Origin: Methanoregula sp.
GTDB taxonomy: Archaea; Halobacteriota; Methanomicrobia; Methanomicrobiales; Methanospirillaceae
Direction: 5' to 3'
DNA length: 39,903 nucleotides
Assembly: GCA_035622795.1 (NCBI GenBank)
Contig: DASPUR010000076.1
Location: 1 to 39,903, forward strand
Shown: positions 1 to 9,559 of the stretch, in pieces
How the letters are laid out: each line of letters opens with the position of its first letter
Position numbering within the stretch: the first letter of the stretch is position 1
Program-made: the position numbers and the translations under genes
Notes under the pieces: model-generated
Databases searched by the model: none
Told to the model about the DNA's origin: nothing
What the model saw: only the letters and a program-made list of their open reading frames with translations

Positions 1-2
1 AT

Positions 3-551
3 CCCGTTTCCGAACGAAATCATGCCCTTTTCCTGCTGAATAAGGCAATCGTTCCGCTTGCCGAGTCAACCGACGTGCGGATCATTCCCGATGACGGGAT
101 GCAGTTCGTCCATGCGATCCGCGGGGCACGGGACGCGAACGATGTCGCCGGTTTCCGTGGCGGGATCCAGGCCCGTGGCACAGCGGTGGCAGCGTCAGGA
201 CCCGCCGGATTCGGGCACGGCGAAGCCGGTACTCCGGTCGTCCTGACTGCGATGAAATTCGATCCCGCCGTACGGACTGCGGCGATAATCCGGTATACCC
301 CGGGGATTGTCCGTGCACTTGAATCTGCATTCCTTGAGTGCTGTTCATTCGATCGCTCCCGCCAGCATGCCGGGACGGCCACCATGGACTGGGGAGTGGC
401 ATCCTGCTGCAGGGAGGGTGTTCCGGATGTTATCTACGATCCGGGAAAATCCCCGGGGGAGGGGAGAGTCCGGCTGTTCGGGGAGGAACCGGACGACGTT
501 CTTAACAATATCATTATCTTGTCAAAACGCATTCTGAATATGGATATCTGA
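3..551 (+). CDS. ThiN-like (thiamine-phosphate synthase domain) protein, 5' end probably outside the window
   Basis: Frame is open from position 3 (PVSERNHALFLLNKAIV...). Pattern IIPxxGMQFVHA...DVAG...VVLTAMKFDP...AIIRY...SFDR...TMDWGV...VPDVIYD resembles the archaeal ThiN domain, and the gene lies just upstream of rps17e. Confidence 0.7.
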   Translation, partial: PVSERNHALFLLNKAIVPLAESTDVRIIPDDGMQFVHAIRGARDANDVAGFRGGIQARGTAVAASGPAGFGHGEAGTPVVLTAMKFDPAVRTAAIIRYTPGIVRALESAFLECCSFDRSRQHAGTATMDWGVASCCREGVPDVIYDPGKSPGEGRVRLFGEEPDDVLNNIIILSKRILNMDI

Positions 552-561
552 GGAATCAGCC

Positions 562-753
562 ATGGGAATCAAGCCATCGTATATCAAGACCATCGGGACC
601 GAACTCCTTGCAAAACAGAGGGATAATTTCACCGGTAATTTTGATGAAAACAAAAAACAGCTGGCCACATCGGCCGTTATCGAGAGCAAACGCGTCCGGA
701 ACCGTGTCGCCGGCTACATAACGAGAAAAGTAAATACTAAAAGACACGCATAA
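562..753 (+). CDS. rps17e: 30S ribosomal protein S17e
   Basis: MGIKPSYIK...F..NK......SKRVRNRVAGYITR is the S17e signature; GAGG RBS upstream. Confidence 0.97.
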   Translation: MGIKPSYIKTIGTELLAKQRDNFTGNFDENKKQLATSAVIESKRVRNRVAGYITRKVNTKRHA

Positions 754-761
754 CCTAATTC

Positions 762-1724
762 ATGTTCGAAGGCGTCCTTCCGGCAATCATTACTCCTTTT
801 CGACGGAACCCTGCGATGGACCTGGATGTTGCAGGTCTGAAACGCAATCTTTCGTTCCTGCTCTCCTGTGGTGTTCATGGAATTGTGCCCTGTGGATCGA
901 CGGGCGAATCCGCGACACTTTCCTTTGAAGAGCACGAAAGAGTCATGGGGATAACGGTTGATACCGTGAACGGGCGGGTGCCGGTGCTTGCCGGTACCGG
1001 CTCAAATAACACCGCAGAAGCCGTCAGGCTCACCAAAGCCGCAAAAGATTCCGGAGCTGACGGCGTACTCGTAATCAGTCCGTACTATAACAAGCCCAAC
1101 CGGTCCGGGCTCGTGAAGCACTATACCCGGCTCGCGGATCTCGATATCCCGGTGGTTGTCTACAACGTCCCGGGGAGAACGGGGCAGAACCTGGAACCCG
1201 ACCTGATAGCGGAACTTGCACAACACCCGAACATCGTGGGTATCAAGGAAGCGAGCGGGAATATCGGGCAGATCTCGCGGATCATCGAAGAGACTCAGGA
1301 CGAGGATTTCACCGTAATATCCGGTGACGACAACATCACGCTCCCCATTATGGCCCTGGGTGGATCGGGCGTGATATCGGTGGCAGCCAATGTCGACCCA
1401 GTACGGATGGTCGGGATGTACGAGGCAATGAAGGAAGAAAACTACCAGAAAGCGCTGGTTCTCCATTACGCCCTCTCACCATTATTCCGGTCGATGTTCA
1501 TAGACACGAACCCGATACCTGTGAAAAAAGCAGTCGGACTGATCGGGCTTGCTGCAGGCCCGGTCCGTCTCCCGCTCGATGAACTCGATGCAAAAAAGAC
1601 CGAGGCGCTCCAGAAGATCATTTCGACAATCCCGAAGAAGAATGCTCCCGGCAGGGCAGTACCGGTAAAGACACCGGCCAAAAAAACCCGCAGTATAAGG
1701 AAAACCCCCGGGAAATCCCGGTGA
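762..1724 (+). CDS. dapA: 4-hydroxy-tetrahydrodipicolinate synthase
   Basis: GSTGES, SPYYNKP, YNVPGRTG, GIKEASG (Schiff-base Lys) and NPIPVK motifs; next to dapB. Confidence 0.96.
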   Translation: MFEGVLPAIITPFRRNPAMDLDVAGLKRNLSFLLSCGVHGIVPCGSTGESATLSFEEHERVMGITVDTVNGRVPVLAGTGSNNTAEAVRLTKAAKDSGADGVLVISPYYNKPNRSGLVKHYTRLADLDIPVVVYNVPGRTGQNLEPDLIAELAQHPNIVGIKEASGNIGQISRIIEETQDEDFTVISGDDNITLPIMALGGSGVISVAANVDPVRMVGMYEAMKEENYQKALVLHYALSPLFRSMFIDTNPIPVKKAVGLIGLAAGPVRLPLDELDAKKTEALQKIISTIPKKNAPGRAVPVKTPAKKTRSIRKTPGKSR

Positions 1725-1737
1725 ATGGGGAAAATCC

Positions 1738-2502
1738 ATGATAAAAGTTGTAATCTGCGGTGCCTCGGGACGCATGGGACAGACCCTGGGAAGGATGGTT
1801 AACGAGGCGCCCGATCTCGAACTGGCGGGGGGGATAAACTTAAAACCCGGTTCGTTCTTCGGAGTCGATATCGTGGAATCAAAAGAGGCGGGGGATTTCC
1901 TGAAATCGACCCGGGCCGATGTCATGATCGATTTCACCGTTGCCAGTGCATCCGTGGAGAACGCAAAGGTGGCCGCCCGGAACAATGTAGCCCTTGTTAT
2001 CGGGACAACCGGGTTCTCTGCTGCCCAGCGCGAGGAGATGGAGAAAACCATCCGCGGGGCGGTGCCTGCTGTTATCTCCAGTAATTTCTCCGTTGGCGTC
2101 AATATCTTCTGGGAGCTCGTCCGGGACGCCGGCAAACTCCTGAGTGACTATGACATTGAAGTGATCGAAGCCCATCACCGGAATAAAAAAGATGCCCCGA
2201 GCGGAACTGCAAAGACGATTCTTCAGATTCTTGATGAGGAATGTGGTTCCCGCAAGAAGATTTTCGGAAGGGAAGGCATGACCGAGCGGGGAAAGGAGAT
2301 TGGCGTTCATGTTATCCGCGGCGGAGATATCGTGGGGGATCATAAGGTATTGTTCTCCAAAAACTTCGAGACTATCGAACTTTCGCACCGTGCGTATGAC
2401 CGCTCGGTTTTTGCAAGCGGCGCGCTTCTTGCAACCCGGTGGGTCGTAGGAAAGAAACCCGGTGTTTATGGTATGAGCGAAGTGCTCGGTCTCAAAAAAT
2501 AA
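1738..2502 (+). CDS. dapB: 4-hydroxy-tetrahydrodipicolinate reductase
   Basis: GASGRMG Rossmann motif, IDFT, GTTGF, EAHHRNKKDAPSGTA. Confidence 0.97.
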   Translation: MIKVVICGASGRMGQTLGRMVNEAPDLELAGGINLKPGSFFGVDIVESKEAGDFLKSTRADVMIDFTVASASVENAKVAARNNVALVIGTTGFSAAQREEMEKTIRGAVPAVISSNFSVGVNIFWELVRDAGKLLSDYDIEVIEAHHRNKKDAPSGTAKTILQILDEECGSRKKIFGREGMTERGKEIGVHVIRGGDIVGDHKVLFSKNFETIELSHRAYDRSVFASGALLATRWVVGKKPGVYGMSEVLGLKK

Positions 2503-2686
2503 TTTTTTATTTTGTATTTCCCCCGGGAGCTGGAACTGCCGGCATTCTATACGTCGCTGCCCGAATCCTGTAGTAATTGCCGGTGGGTTTCTCCTCCCGT
2601 CCCCTTCTTAATAGCGGAGAAATCTGAAACGGTACTATCGAAACCCTTTTTTTGTCTTTTCCCCAATATAACGTGGAGTGAACGAG

Positions 2687-2860
2687 TTGGTAGCAGTCGT
2701 TGACAATACCAAGTGTACCGGATGCGAAACGTGCGTGAGTGAATGTCCGGCATCGGCCATCGCTATGGAGAACGACAAGGCAAAGGTCGATAAGGACATG
2801 TGTGTCGACTGCCAGACCTGCGTGGATGTCTGCCCGGCAGAAGCTATCCACATGGACTGA
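2687..2860 (+). CDS. 2[4Fe-4S] ferredoxin
   Basis: Two CxxCxxCxxxCP motifs (CTGCETCVSECP, CVDCQTCVDVCP). Start is probably TTG 2687 after GGAGTGA (alternative GTG 2678). Confidence 0.93.
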   Translation: MVAVVDNTKCTGCETCVSECPASAIAMENDKAKVDKDMCVDCQTCVDVCPAEAIHMD

Positions 2861-2864
2861 GAAA

Positions 2865-2889
2865 TTTTTTTGCAGTTTTTTTATTTTTT
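2865..2889 (+). terminator. oligo-T archaeal terminator after ferredoxin
   Basis: Three T-runs (T7, T7, T6) immediately after the stop codon. Confidence 0.6.
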
Positions 2890-3085
2890 CCTGTCCCTGA
2901 ACAATATCCCGCTTCCGTATCCCGATGCTCCCGACATCGTTGCCGACGACAATCAGAGTCCGGCAAAATGAAAGGAGTGGTTTTTCTCCGGATGAAAAAA
3001 CAATGTTTTTATTATTGCAGGTGAAATGGGACTTTACAACCCGCCATCTTCGTACGGGATAGTAACAGACAAGGACCTGACACCT

Positions 3086-4105
3086 ATGATCAACGTTGGA
3101 GTGCTCGGTGCTACGGGTGCGGTTGGCCAACGATTTGTTGAACTTCTGGCGGATCATCCCTGGTTCAATCTCTCGTCGCTCGCCGCTTCCGATCGCAGTG
3201 CGGGACAGCCTTATGGAAAAGTGGTTAACTGGCGGCTCGACACGCCCTTTCCCGAGAAAATAGGAAAACTCAAAGTCGTCCCGACCTCGCCAAAAGCGAT
3301 GAAGAACGTGGACCTCGTATTTTCCGCCCTGCCTGCAGAGATCGCTACCGCGACGGAGACGGAATTTGCCGATGCAGGCATCGCGGTCTGCAGCAACGCC
3401 AGTTCCCACCGGATGGAACCTTCCGTTCCTCTCGTAGTGCCGGAAGTTAATCCGGATCATCTCGGGCTCATCGACGTCCAGCGGGATTCGGGAAGAGACG
3501 GGTTCATCGTTACCAATCCGAACTGTTCCACAATCATGATGGTCACAGCACTTGCCCCCTTGAGGAAGTTCAGATTCGGGGACGTACGGGTCGCGACCAT
3601 GCAGGCGATATCCGGGGCCGGTTTCGCAGGAGTCGCGGCGATGGCAATTTACGATAATGTCATCCCGTACATCGGCAAGGAAGAAGAAAAGATGGAGACC
3701 GAGACGCTCAAGATCATGGGTACGCTGAAGGGAACCAGCGTTAAGAACGCTCCGTTCCGCGTGAGCGCAAGCTGCCACCGCGTACCGGTGATCGACGGGC
3801 ACACCATGGCGGTCTGGATCGATATCAGGGAACCGGTCAACACCCTGAAAAAGGCATTCCGGGAATACAAGCCCCCCATCAAAGGCCTGCCAACCCAGCC
3901 CAAGGAGTCCATCCATTTCTTCGATGAGGAACCGGACCGCCCACAGCCCCGTCTGGACAGGAACCGGGGAGATGGCATGACTGTATCCGTCGGGAGGCTC
4001 AGGGAAGGCGTCCGGTTCGTGGCCATGGGCCATAACACCATCCGCGGGGCCGCAGGCGCCAGTGTGCTGAACGCTGAACTGATCCTGAAGAAGAAGTATC
4101 TCTGA
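3086..4105 (+). CDS. asd: aspartate-semialdehyde dehydrogenase
   Basis: [17 protein letters not shown] (catalytic Cys), [24 protein letters not shown]. Start trimmed to ATG 3086. Confidence 0.96.
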   Translation: MINVGVLGATGAVGQRFVELLADHPWFNLSSLAASDRSAGQPYGKVVNWRLDTPFPEKIGKLKVVPTSPKAMKNVDLVFSALPAEIATATETEFADAGIAVCSNASSHRMEPSVPLVVPEVNPDHLGLIDVQRDSGRDGFIVTNPNCSTIMMVTALAPLRKFRFGDVRVATMQAISGAGFAGVAAMAIYDNVIPYIGKEEEKMETETLKIMGTLKGTSVKNAPFRVSASCHRVPVIDGHTMAVWIDIREPVNTLKKAFREYKPPIKGLPTQPKESIHFFDEEPDRPQPRLDRNRGDGMTVSVGRLREGVRFVAMGHNTIRGAAGASVLNAELILKKKYL

Positions 4106-4119
4106 CCACGAGGCATCCT

Positions 4120-4401
4120 ATGCAACAGATGAAAGAGAATACTGTATTCGTCGGAAATAAACCCGTCATGAACTATGTACTTGCAGTGGTGACGCAATTC
4201 AACAACGGTGCGGAGACCGTAGCAATAAAGGCCAGAGGAAAAGCAATATCCCGGGCCGTCGATACCGCAGAGATCTCGCTGAACCGTTTTCTCGAGGGGG
4301 TGGTCAAGCAGGAGATCCTGACTTCAACCGAGATAATCGATACGGATACCGGTAAAACCAATGTCTCCAGCATCGAGATCATCCTTGCCAGTAAAAAATA
4401 A
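4120..4401 (+). CDS. albA: DNA/RNA-binding protein Alba
   Basis: [34 protein letters not shown]. Confidence 0.97.
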   Translation: MQQMKENTVFVGNKPVMNYVLAVVTQFNNGAETVAIKARGKAISRAVDTAEISLNRFLEGVVKQEILTSTEIIDTDTGKTNVSSIEIILASKK

Positions 4402-4502
4402 TTAATCCGCCCTGTTTTTTGCAACAGATTCCGGGGGCAGGATAGCGTAAGGAGCCCTTTTTCTTTACCGAAAGCGATTTAAGCCCTATTCGCAAAACTA
4501 GT

Positions 4503-4979
4503 ATGCTTATGCGGGCCGGTGCAGTCGGCATTTTTGTTCTTGTTATGCTCCTGTGCGTACCTCCGGCCATGGCTGCAAACGAGGATCGATACGGGTACAT
4601 CAAGGTGGAGACGGTATCGATCCAGCTCGATGATGCCACTGCAACGATCAACGTCAACTATACGGTCGATGAAGGGACGCGGTTTATTTTCTTCCTGCTC
4701 GGCAAGCAGGATCTCAAGAATAAACTCCTGACGATCCTCAACTACCAGGATGCCCAGATAAAACACATCAATCTCTCTTCTGCTGAATTCACCGTGAACA
4801 GTGCTTCTTACTCTTACGGTGACGGGATTTACTGGTATCCTTCCCATGATTTCAATGTGGTCATCCCTGCACTCACGGTCGAGACGCCCCAGGCGACGCG
4901 AAGTTTCGTGAACGCCAACCGCTTCCCCGCTGGGATGGGGTATTTCTCCAGCGAGCCGCAACCACCTCCTCAGAAATAG
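4503..4979 (+). CDS. hypothetical secreted/membrane-anchored protein
   Basis: N-terminal signal-peptide-like stretch (GIFVLVMLLCVPPAMA) followed by a beta-rich domain; fills the gap cleanly. Confidence 0.75.
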   Translation: MLMRAGAVGIFVLVMLLCVPPAMAANEDRYGYIKVETVSIQLDDATATINVNYTVDEGTRFIFFLLGKQDLKNKLLTILNYQDAQIKHINLSSAEFTVNSASYSYGDGIYWYPSHDFNVVIPALTVETPQATRSFVNANRFPAGMGYFSSEPQPPPQK

Positions 4980-5168
4980 TGCCATTCCTCGGATTTCCGG
5001 CCCTCGCAAGGACCGAATATAATCAGCCGGTCATTTTTATTACAAAAAAGCGTGGCCATTTCCTCGTGTCCATACGAAGCTTCTGAAACGGCTGGATTAT
5101 TTTTTCTGCATCGCTGCCTTAAGTACGGCGATAAAAAAGAGAAAAGAAGAGAATGTTCCGGTTGTTTT

Positions 5169-6299
5169 TCACATGACCTCAATGATCTCCTGTTTGCGCA
5201 TTTCTGCCAGTTTTTTATTTACATAGTACTGTGAAATAACGCCGCATATCGCGGAGACGATTCCGATCCCGGTCAGGATGAGGATCTCGTTTTGTGTCGC
5301 GTCTGTCAGGGCAAATTCATCGTTCCCGCTGACGGAAAGGATGTACAGGCTCGCGCTCCACAATATGAGGCCGATGGCGGTGATGAAGAACGGGTAGACG
5401 ATCACCTTCCCGATATTCTCCCGTTCGTTGATGTAAACGTCGATGAGGATCCCGGTCGATGTCGCAAGGCCGGCTATGATAAGCCATTCGATGGATCCCC
5501 AGATGAAAGTCATCAGGTAATTGAGATAGCCGAAGCTGTTGTCGGGCGAATAGTACCTGAGGACATTGATGAAGCCCATCGTAAACCCGATGACTATGAG
5601 AAGGATGGTTATCGCATAGGTTATGAACGACAGCCTGCCGCGCGAGAGCGAGATCCGGAGGGCATCGAGAATTCCGTGGACGATCTCATCGAACCCGAAC
5701 CCTTTGTACAGGAGGTAGCACCCGATGACACCCACAACAATGATCGTCGCTGCACCAGGCATGCCGGCAAGGTATGCGCTGGCATAGAGGAGCATCGCAA
5801 GTCCGATGGGAATGAAGACCATCCGGGAGATTTTCGGGTCCTCGAAAAATTTTTTCAGGATGTAATACGTACCCTCGAGGTTCGGCATCTGGTTTACGAT
5901 TACCCTCCGGATGCTGGACACCGGTATGCGGGACTGGATGATGGGAATTACGTACTCGTCCTCGGCCCCGTCGGATACCAGTATGCACTCGGTCGGCCGG
6001 GTGATTTCAATGACTTTTTCCAGCGACGCGGCTATCTTCCGGTCACCCTCAATCATGTGGAGATGGTTACCGGCAACAACGGCAATTGCCGCTTCTTCTT
6101 CTTTTGCAATAAGTTCGTCGAAAATTTTCACTGCACAGAATATGGCATTGATATCGGAATCTTCGGGATCGGCCAGAGCAAGGCTGTTTGCTGCGCTCAG
6201 GCAGGACTCGCGGCCAATCGCCGGACTTTCAACCCGGGCTTTCCATCCGATATCGTCGTCCCTGTCAACACTCAGGACGAGTGTCCGCCTTCGTGTCAT
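5169..6299 (-). CDS. DUF373 family membrane protein
   Basis: LVLSVDRDDDIG, DPEDSDINA, VSDGAEDE motifs followed by several hydrophobic TM segments. Confidence 0.88.
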   Translation of the reverse strand: MTRRRTLVLSVDRDDDIGWKARVESPAIGRESCLSAANSLALADPEDSDINAIFCAVKIFDELIAKEEEAAIAVVAGNHLHMIEGDRKIAASLEKVIEITRPTECILVSDGAEDEYVIPIIQSRIPVSSIRRVIVNQMPNLEGTYYILKKFFEDPKISRMVFIPIGLAMLLYASAYLAGMPGAATIIVVGVIGCYLLYKGFGFDEIVHGILDALRISLSRGRLSFITYAITILLIVIGFTMGFINVLRYYSPDNSFGYLNYLMTFIWGSIEWLIIAGLATSTGILIDVYINERENIGKVIVYPFFITAIGLILWSASLYILSVSGNDEFALTDATQNEILILTGIGIVSAICGVISQYYVNKKLAEMRKQEIIEVM

Positions 6300-6674
6300 T
6301 ATTGCGCTGATATCTCCTCTGCCACCGGTCTGGTTCCGGTCATGGATTTTCCTTAAAATTCGATAATCGTACGGTCATCTTTTTAAGTAAGACCTTCTTC
6401 TGGACTGATAAAGGTAGGTTGAATTTGTTAATAAAGGCACTTACGAAGCGGGAAAAACTGACGTCGGTAGTCTGGATCTCGTCTTGTCGGTGATTAACAC
6501 AGCGCACCCGGATCCGAGCCTTTTGATCTGGTTATAACATAAACCCGGGTCTGGAGACAGAGTGCTTTTACGTTTTTTTTAAAACAGCCCTTTTTCCATT
6601 CTGCCCGACAGGATTCGTCCTTCACGGACTTTTTAGAGAGGATCCCGGATTTCCGGTACCAAAAAAAGAAAATA

Positions 6675-7535
6675 TTATATAAGTTTTGAACGCTGGAGGA
6701 GCAGGATATCGTCAGTGGTGAGCTTCTCCCCGGCCCTGAAGTTCTTGAAGAGGCTCTCGGCTTCCTTCCTGACCGCTTTCTGCTCTTTGGTAACCTTGAC
6801 CTTCTTGGTTTTCTTGCGCAATCCGGATATTACCTTATCATAGTCTCTGAGCTCTTTCTGGCAGGCAATGAAAGACTTGTGCTCGGTGTCCGCAGTTTCC
6901 TGCGCTTCAACAAATGCCTTGTGGGCCGCATCGGCCGCTTCCCGTGATTTATCGGCTTTCCGGTAGGATTCTACCATCAGGTCGTGGTGCTTCTGCGCGA
7001 GCTCGGCAACTTCCGTTACCCTGGCGTGGAGTTCGGAGGCCCCTTTCCGGAAATCCCGTGCTTCCGTGATCTTTGTCCGCATCTCCTTGTTCTGTTCGAG
7101 CTCGGCTTCCTGTTCCCGGACCTGCCCCTTCATCTGTTTGATCTTTTCGATGAGCTCGCGTTCTTTGTCGGTTGTGAATACCTCGGTCTGCTGCCGGTAT
7201 TCCATATACTCGATCTGCTTCTGGAGCTCTTTGATCCCCCGGTTTTTGAGTGAACCATGCTCTTTTTTGAACGATTCAATATCTTCAAAGAGGACATTGG
7301 CCTTGTCGTTGAGCTCGTTGCGCTGCGCCTTGAGGTCGAGGACATCCTGGTTGTACTTGTCCCGGAGGTCTTTGTTTTTCTGTGCTTCTTCGACAAATTC
7401 CCGCGTCTGATTGTTCAGTGTATTCCGCTCGCGGGCAAACTTGCTGGCTGTTGCATTCAGCTCGTTGCGCCGGTTTTTATGTTCTTCAGACTCCACAAGA
7501 ATTTTCTTCCGCTTTTCCATCAGGTCATTCAACAT
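6675..7535 (-). CDS. archaeal coiled-coil protein (COG1340-like)
   Basis: Almost all E/K/R/Q heptads (RNELN repeats), QQT...ERELIEKI, C-terminal F..GEKLTTDDILLLQ; strong RBS GGTGAGGAGTGG. Confidence 0.85.
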   Translation of the reverse strand: MLNDLMEKRKKILVESEEHKNRRNELNATASKFARERNTLNNQTREFVEEAQKNKDLRDKYNQDVLDLKAQRNELNDKANVLFEDIESFKKEHGSLKNRGIKELQKQIEYMEYRQQTEVFTTDKERELIEKIKQMKGQVREQEAELEQNKEMRTKITEARDFRKGASELHARVTEVAELAQKHHDLMVESYRKADKSREAADAAHKAFVEAQETADTEHKSFIACQKELRDYDKVISGLRKKTKKVKVTKEQKAVRKEAESLFKNFRAGEKLTTDDILLLQRSKLI

Positions 7536-7856
7536 GCGTTACCACTCCTCACCAGATTCTCCTTTGCGGGACAGCGCGATTCAAATATCCTGAAATAAGA
7601 ACTCACAAAAACGTGGGCGATCCACGCCTGTATGGATTGCTCAGGACAATTCTGCATACGGGATGCACGGTGAAAAACATCAGAAAAGGTAATCTGCCGG
7701 AGATGATGGAAAGACCCGAAAACGAAGCCTCTGTTCAACACTCTGTTCATGATGTTCAACTCCCGATACCGGGGTGCGGACCTGTACACATAATCCCACC
7801 CCCATCCTCCCTGCGAAGGATTGGTCGAATGTACTATATTTTAGAGGAGGGGAGAA

Positions 7857-7870
7857 CTATTAAGCATTTC
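7857..7870 (-). promoter_or_regulatory. putative BRE/TATA promoter about 320 bp upstream of the coiled-coil gene
   Basis: Minus strand reads CGAAATG-CTTAATAG: purine-rich BRE then TTAATA. Confidence 0.5.
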
Positions 7871-8008
7871 GCCGGGGTCTGACCGGCGCTTCTCTCTTAA
7901 GAAAGGGACGGGCACGAACGAAAGAAACCGTGGAAGGAAAAGGATGTTGGTTTGTTGGATAACCAACATGGCCTATAGCGTGGATAATTGGTTTTCAACG
8001 TGGTGTAA

Positions 8009-9172
8009 TTAACCGACCCATTCAAGGACTCCGCCGCCGCTGGGCTGATCCCTGCTTCGCTTGCTCTGGGGCATCTCGACTGCCTTCGGGTTCGAGCGCT
8101 TGCTCTCGATGTCCTCAATCATAGTCTTGTACGACTGGCGGGTCCCGAGGATCTGTGCGCTCTTGACACCGGTCATGATTGCGAGGACACGAATCTTGCC
8201 TTCCATGTCGCTCCTGACACGGGCCCCCCAGATGACATCCGCATGGGGATCGAGCTCGTACGTGAGCGAAGTAGCTACTTCTTCAGCGTCCTGGAGGGTT
8301 AAGTCGGTACCCCCGGTGATGTGGATCAGGCTGCCGGTTGCGCCGCGGTAGTCGATGTCGAGCATCGGGTTGGACAGGCACTCGCGGACAACGCTCTCCG
8401 CCTTGTTCTGCTGCTTGCTTTCGCCGACAAGCATGACGGCGACGCCACCCTTGGACATGATGGCCCTCACGTCGGCGTAGTCGATGTTGATGAGCGATGG
8501 CTCGGTGATTGTCTCTGATATGCCTTTGACGGTCTCACCGATCAGCTGGTCCATGACAGAGAATGCCTGGCCGAGCGGGAGGTTCGGGACGAAGTTCTTC
8601 AGCCGGTTGTTGTCGAGCACGATGACGGAATCTGCAGCGGAAGCGAGCGCCTCGAGACCCTCTTCTGCGCGGATCAGGCGGGCTTTCTCGACCTGGAACG
8701 GGTAGCTGACCATTCCGACGACAATCGCGCCCTGCTCTTTTGCAACCTGGGCGACTACGGGCGCGGAACCGGTACCGGTACCTCCGCCCATACCTGCGGT
8801 GATGAAGACCAGATCTGCGGATTCGAGGATTGCCTCAAGCGTCGGCCGGGCCATCTCGGCAGCACGCTTACCGACATCAGGGTAACCGCCTGCGCCGAGC
8901 CCCTTTGTCAGGGATTTACCGATGAGAATACGCTTATCGGCCTGGATCATGTCCAGGTGCTGCTTGTCCGTGTTGATCGCGATCGTCTCGGCTCCGGAAA
9001 CCCCCATATGGTGGATGCGGTTGACGGTGTTATTCCCGGCTCCCCCGCAGCCGATGATGACAATTCTTGGCTGCCCGACGAAGTCGTCCTCCAGTGCATT
9101 CGTTGAGCCTGGCTTGTTAATCTCTTTTTCAAGCTCGGCATTTTTAAGTGCGTCGTTGATGATACTTTGCAT
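8009..9172 (-). CDS. ftsZ: cell division protein FtsZ (FtsZ2-type by context)
   Basis: [14 protein letters not shown], tubulin signature [18 protein letters not shown]. Directly downstream of an RHH gene; start trimmed to ATG 9172. Confidence 0.96.
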   Translation of the reverse strand: MQSIINDALKNAELEKEINKPGSTNALEDDFVGQPRIVIIGCGGAGNNTVNRIHHMGVSGAETIAINTDKQHLDMIQADKRILIGKSLTKGLGAGGYPDVGKRAAEMARPTLEAILESADLVFITAGMGGGTGTGSAPVVAQVAKEQGAIVVGMVSYPFQVEKARLIRAEEGLEALASAADSVIVLDNNRLKNFVPNLPLGQAFSVMDQLIGETVKGISETITEPSLINIDYADVRAIMSKGGVAVMLVGESKQQNKAESVVRECLSNPMLDIDYRGATGSLIHITGGTDLTLQDAEEVATSLTYELDPHADVIWGARVRSDMEGKIRVLAIMTGVKSAQILGTRQSYKTMIEDIESKRSNPKAVEMPQSKRSRDQPSGGGVLEWVG

Positions 9173-9182
9173 TTCTACCCTC

Positions 9183-9362
9183 TCATACCTTGAATGAAAC
9201 CTGGTCATTTTCCTTTAAGACACGAGCTGCGCGTTTCTCAACAAGTTCACGGACTGCTGCCCGGACCGCTTCGGAGATGTTGGGATACTCTCCCGAGTCT
9301 ACCAGGTGCTGGAGCAGATTGATCTGCTGTTCGGGCAAGCGTAGCGTGATCCTTTGCATCAT
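9183..9362 (-). CDS. cdrS: ribbon-helix-helix regulator, CdrS-like
   Basis: [36 protein letters not shown] is a CopG/Arc RHH pattern; 10 bp upstream of ftsZ, the conserved euryarchaeal cdrS-ftsZ2 arrangement. Confidence 0.88.
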   Translation of the reverse strand: MMQRITLRLPEQQINLLQHLVDSGEYPNISEAVRAAVRELVEKRAARVLKENDQVSFKV

Positions 9363-9374
9363 AGTGCTCCCTTT

Positions 9375-9438
9375 TATCTGACATATGTCTGTCAATTGTC
9401 ATACATATGTCAGACAAAGAGTGTTTCTGTGTCTGACT
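9375..9438. promoter_or_regulatory. array of TGTCwGACA-like palindromic boxes, putative CdrS operator
   Basis: TATCTGACA 9375, TGTCTGTCA 9386, TGTCATACA 9397, TGTCAGACA 9408, TGTCTGACT 9430, all in 11-bp register. Confidence 0.7.
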
Positions 9439-9469
9439 CAACCAGATAAATCAACATAAAACATAAAGA

Positions 9470-9486
9470 TATATAAACCTTCTTCT
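9470..9486 (-). promoter_or_regulatory. BRE/TATA box of the cdrS-ftsZ promoter
   Basis: Minus strand AGAAAGG-TTTATATA about 110 bp upstream of cdrS. Confidence 0.6.
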
Positions 9487-9559
9487 TTGGGGGTAGTACG
9501 AACCGCAAACGCATTTATGACTTCCAAACCAAATATAACCAGAAATACGGGATTTTTTC

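Noticed and set aside
7529-7789. 86-aa upstream ORF overlapping the coiled-coil start
   Set aside because: It has no recognisable motifs and lies in a region better explained as a structured leader; ribosome profiling would be needed to exclude it.
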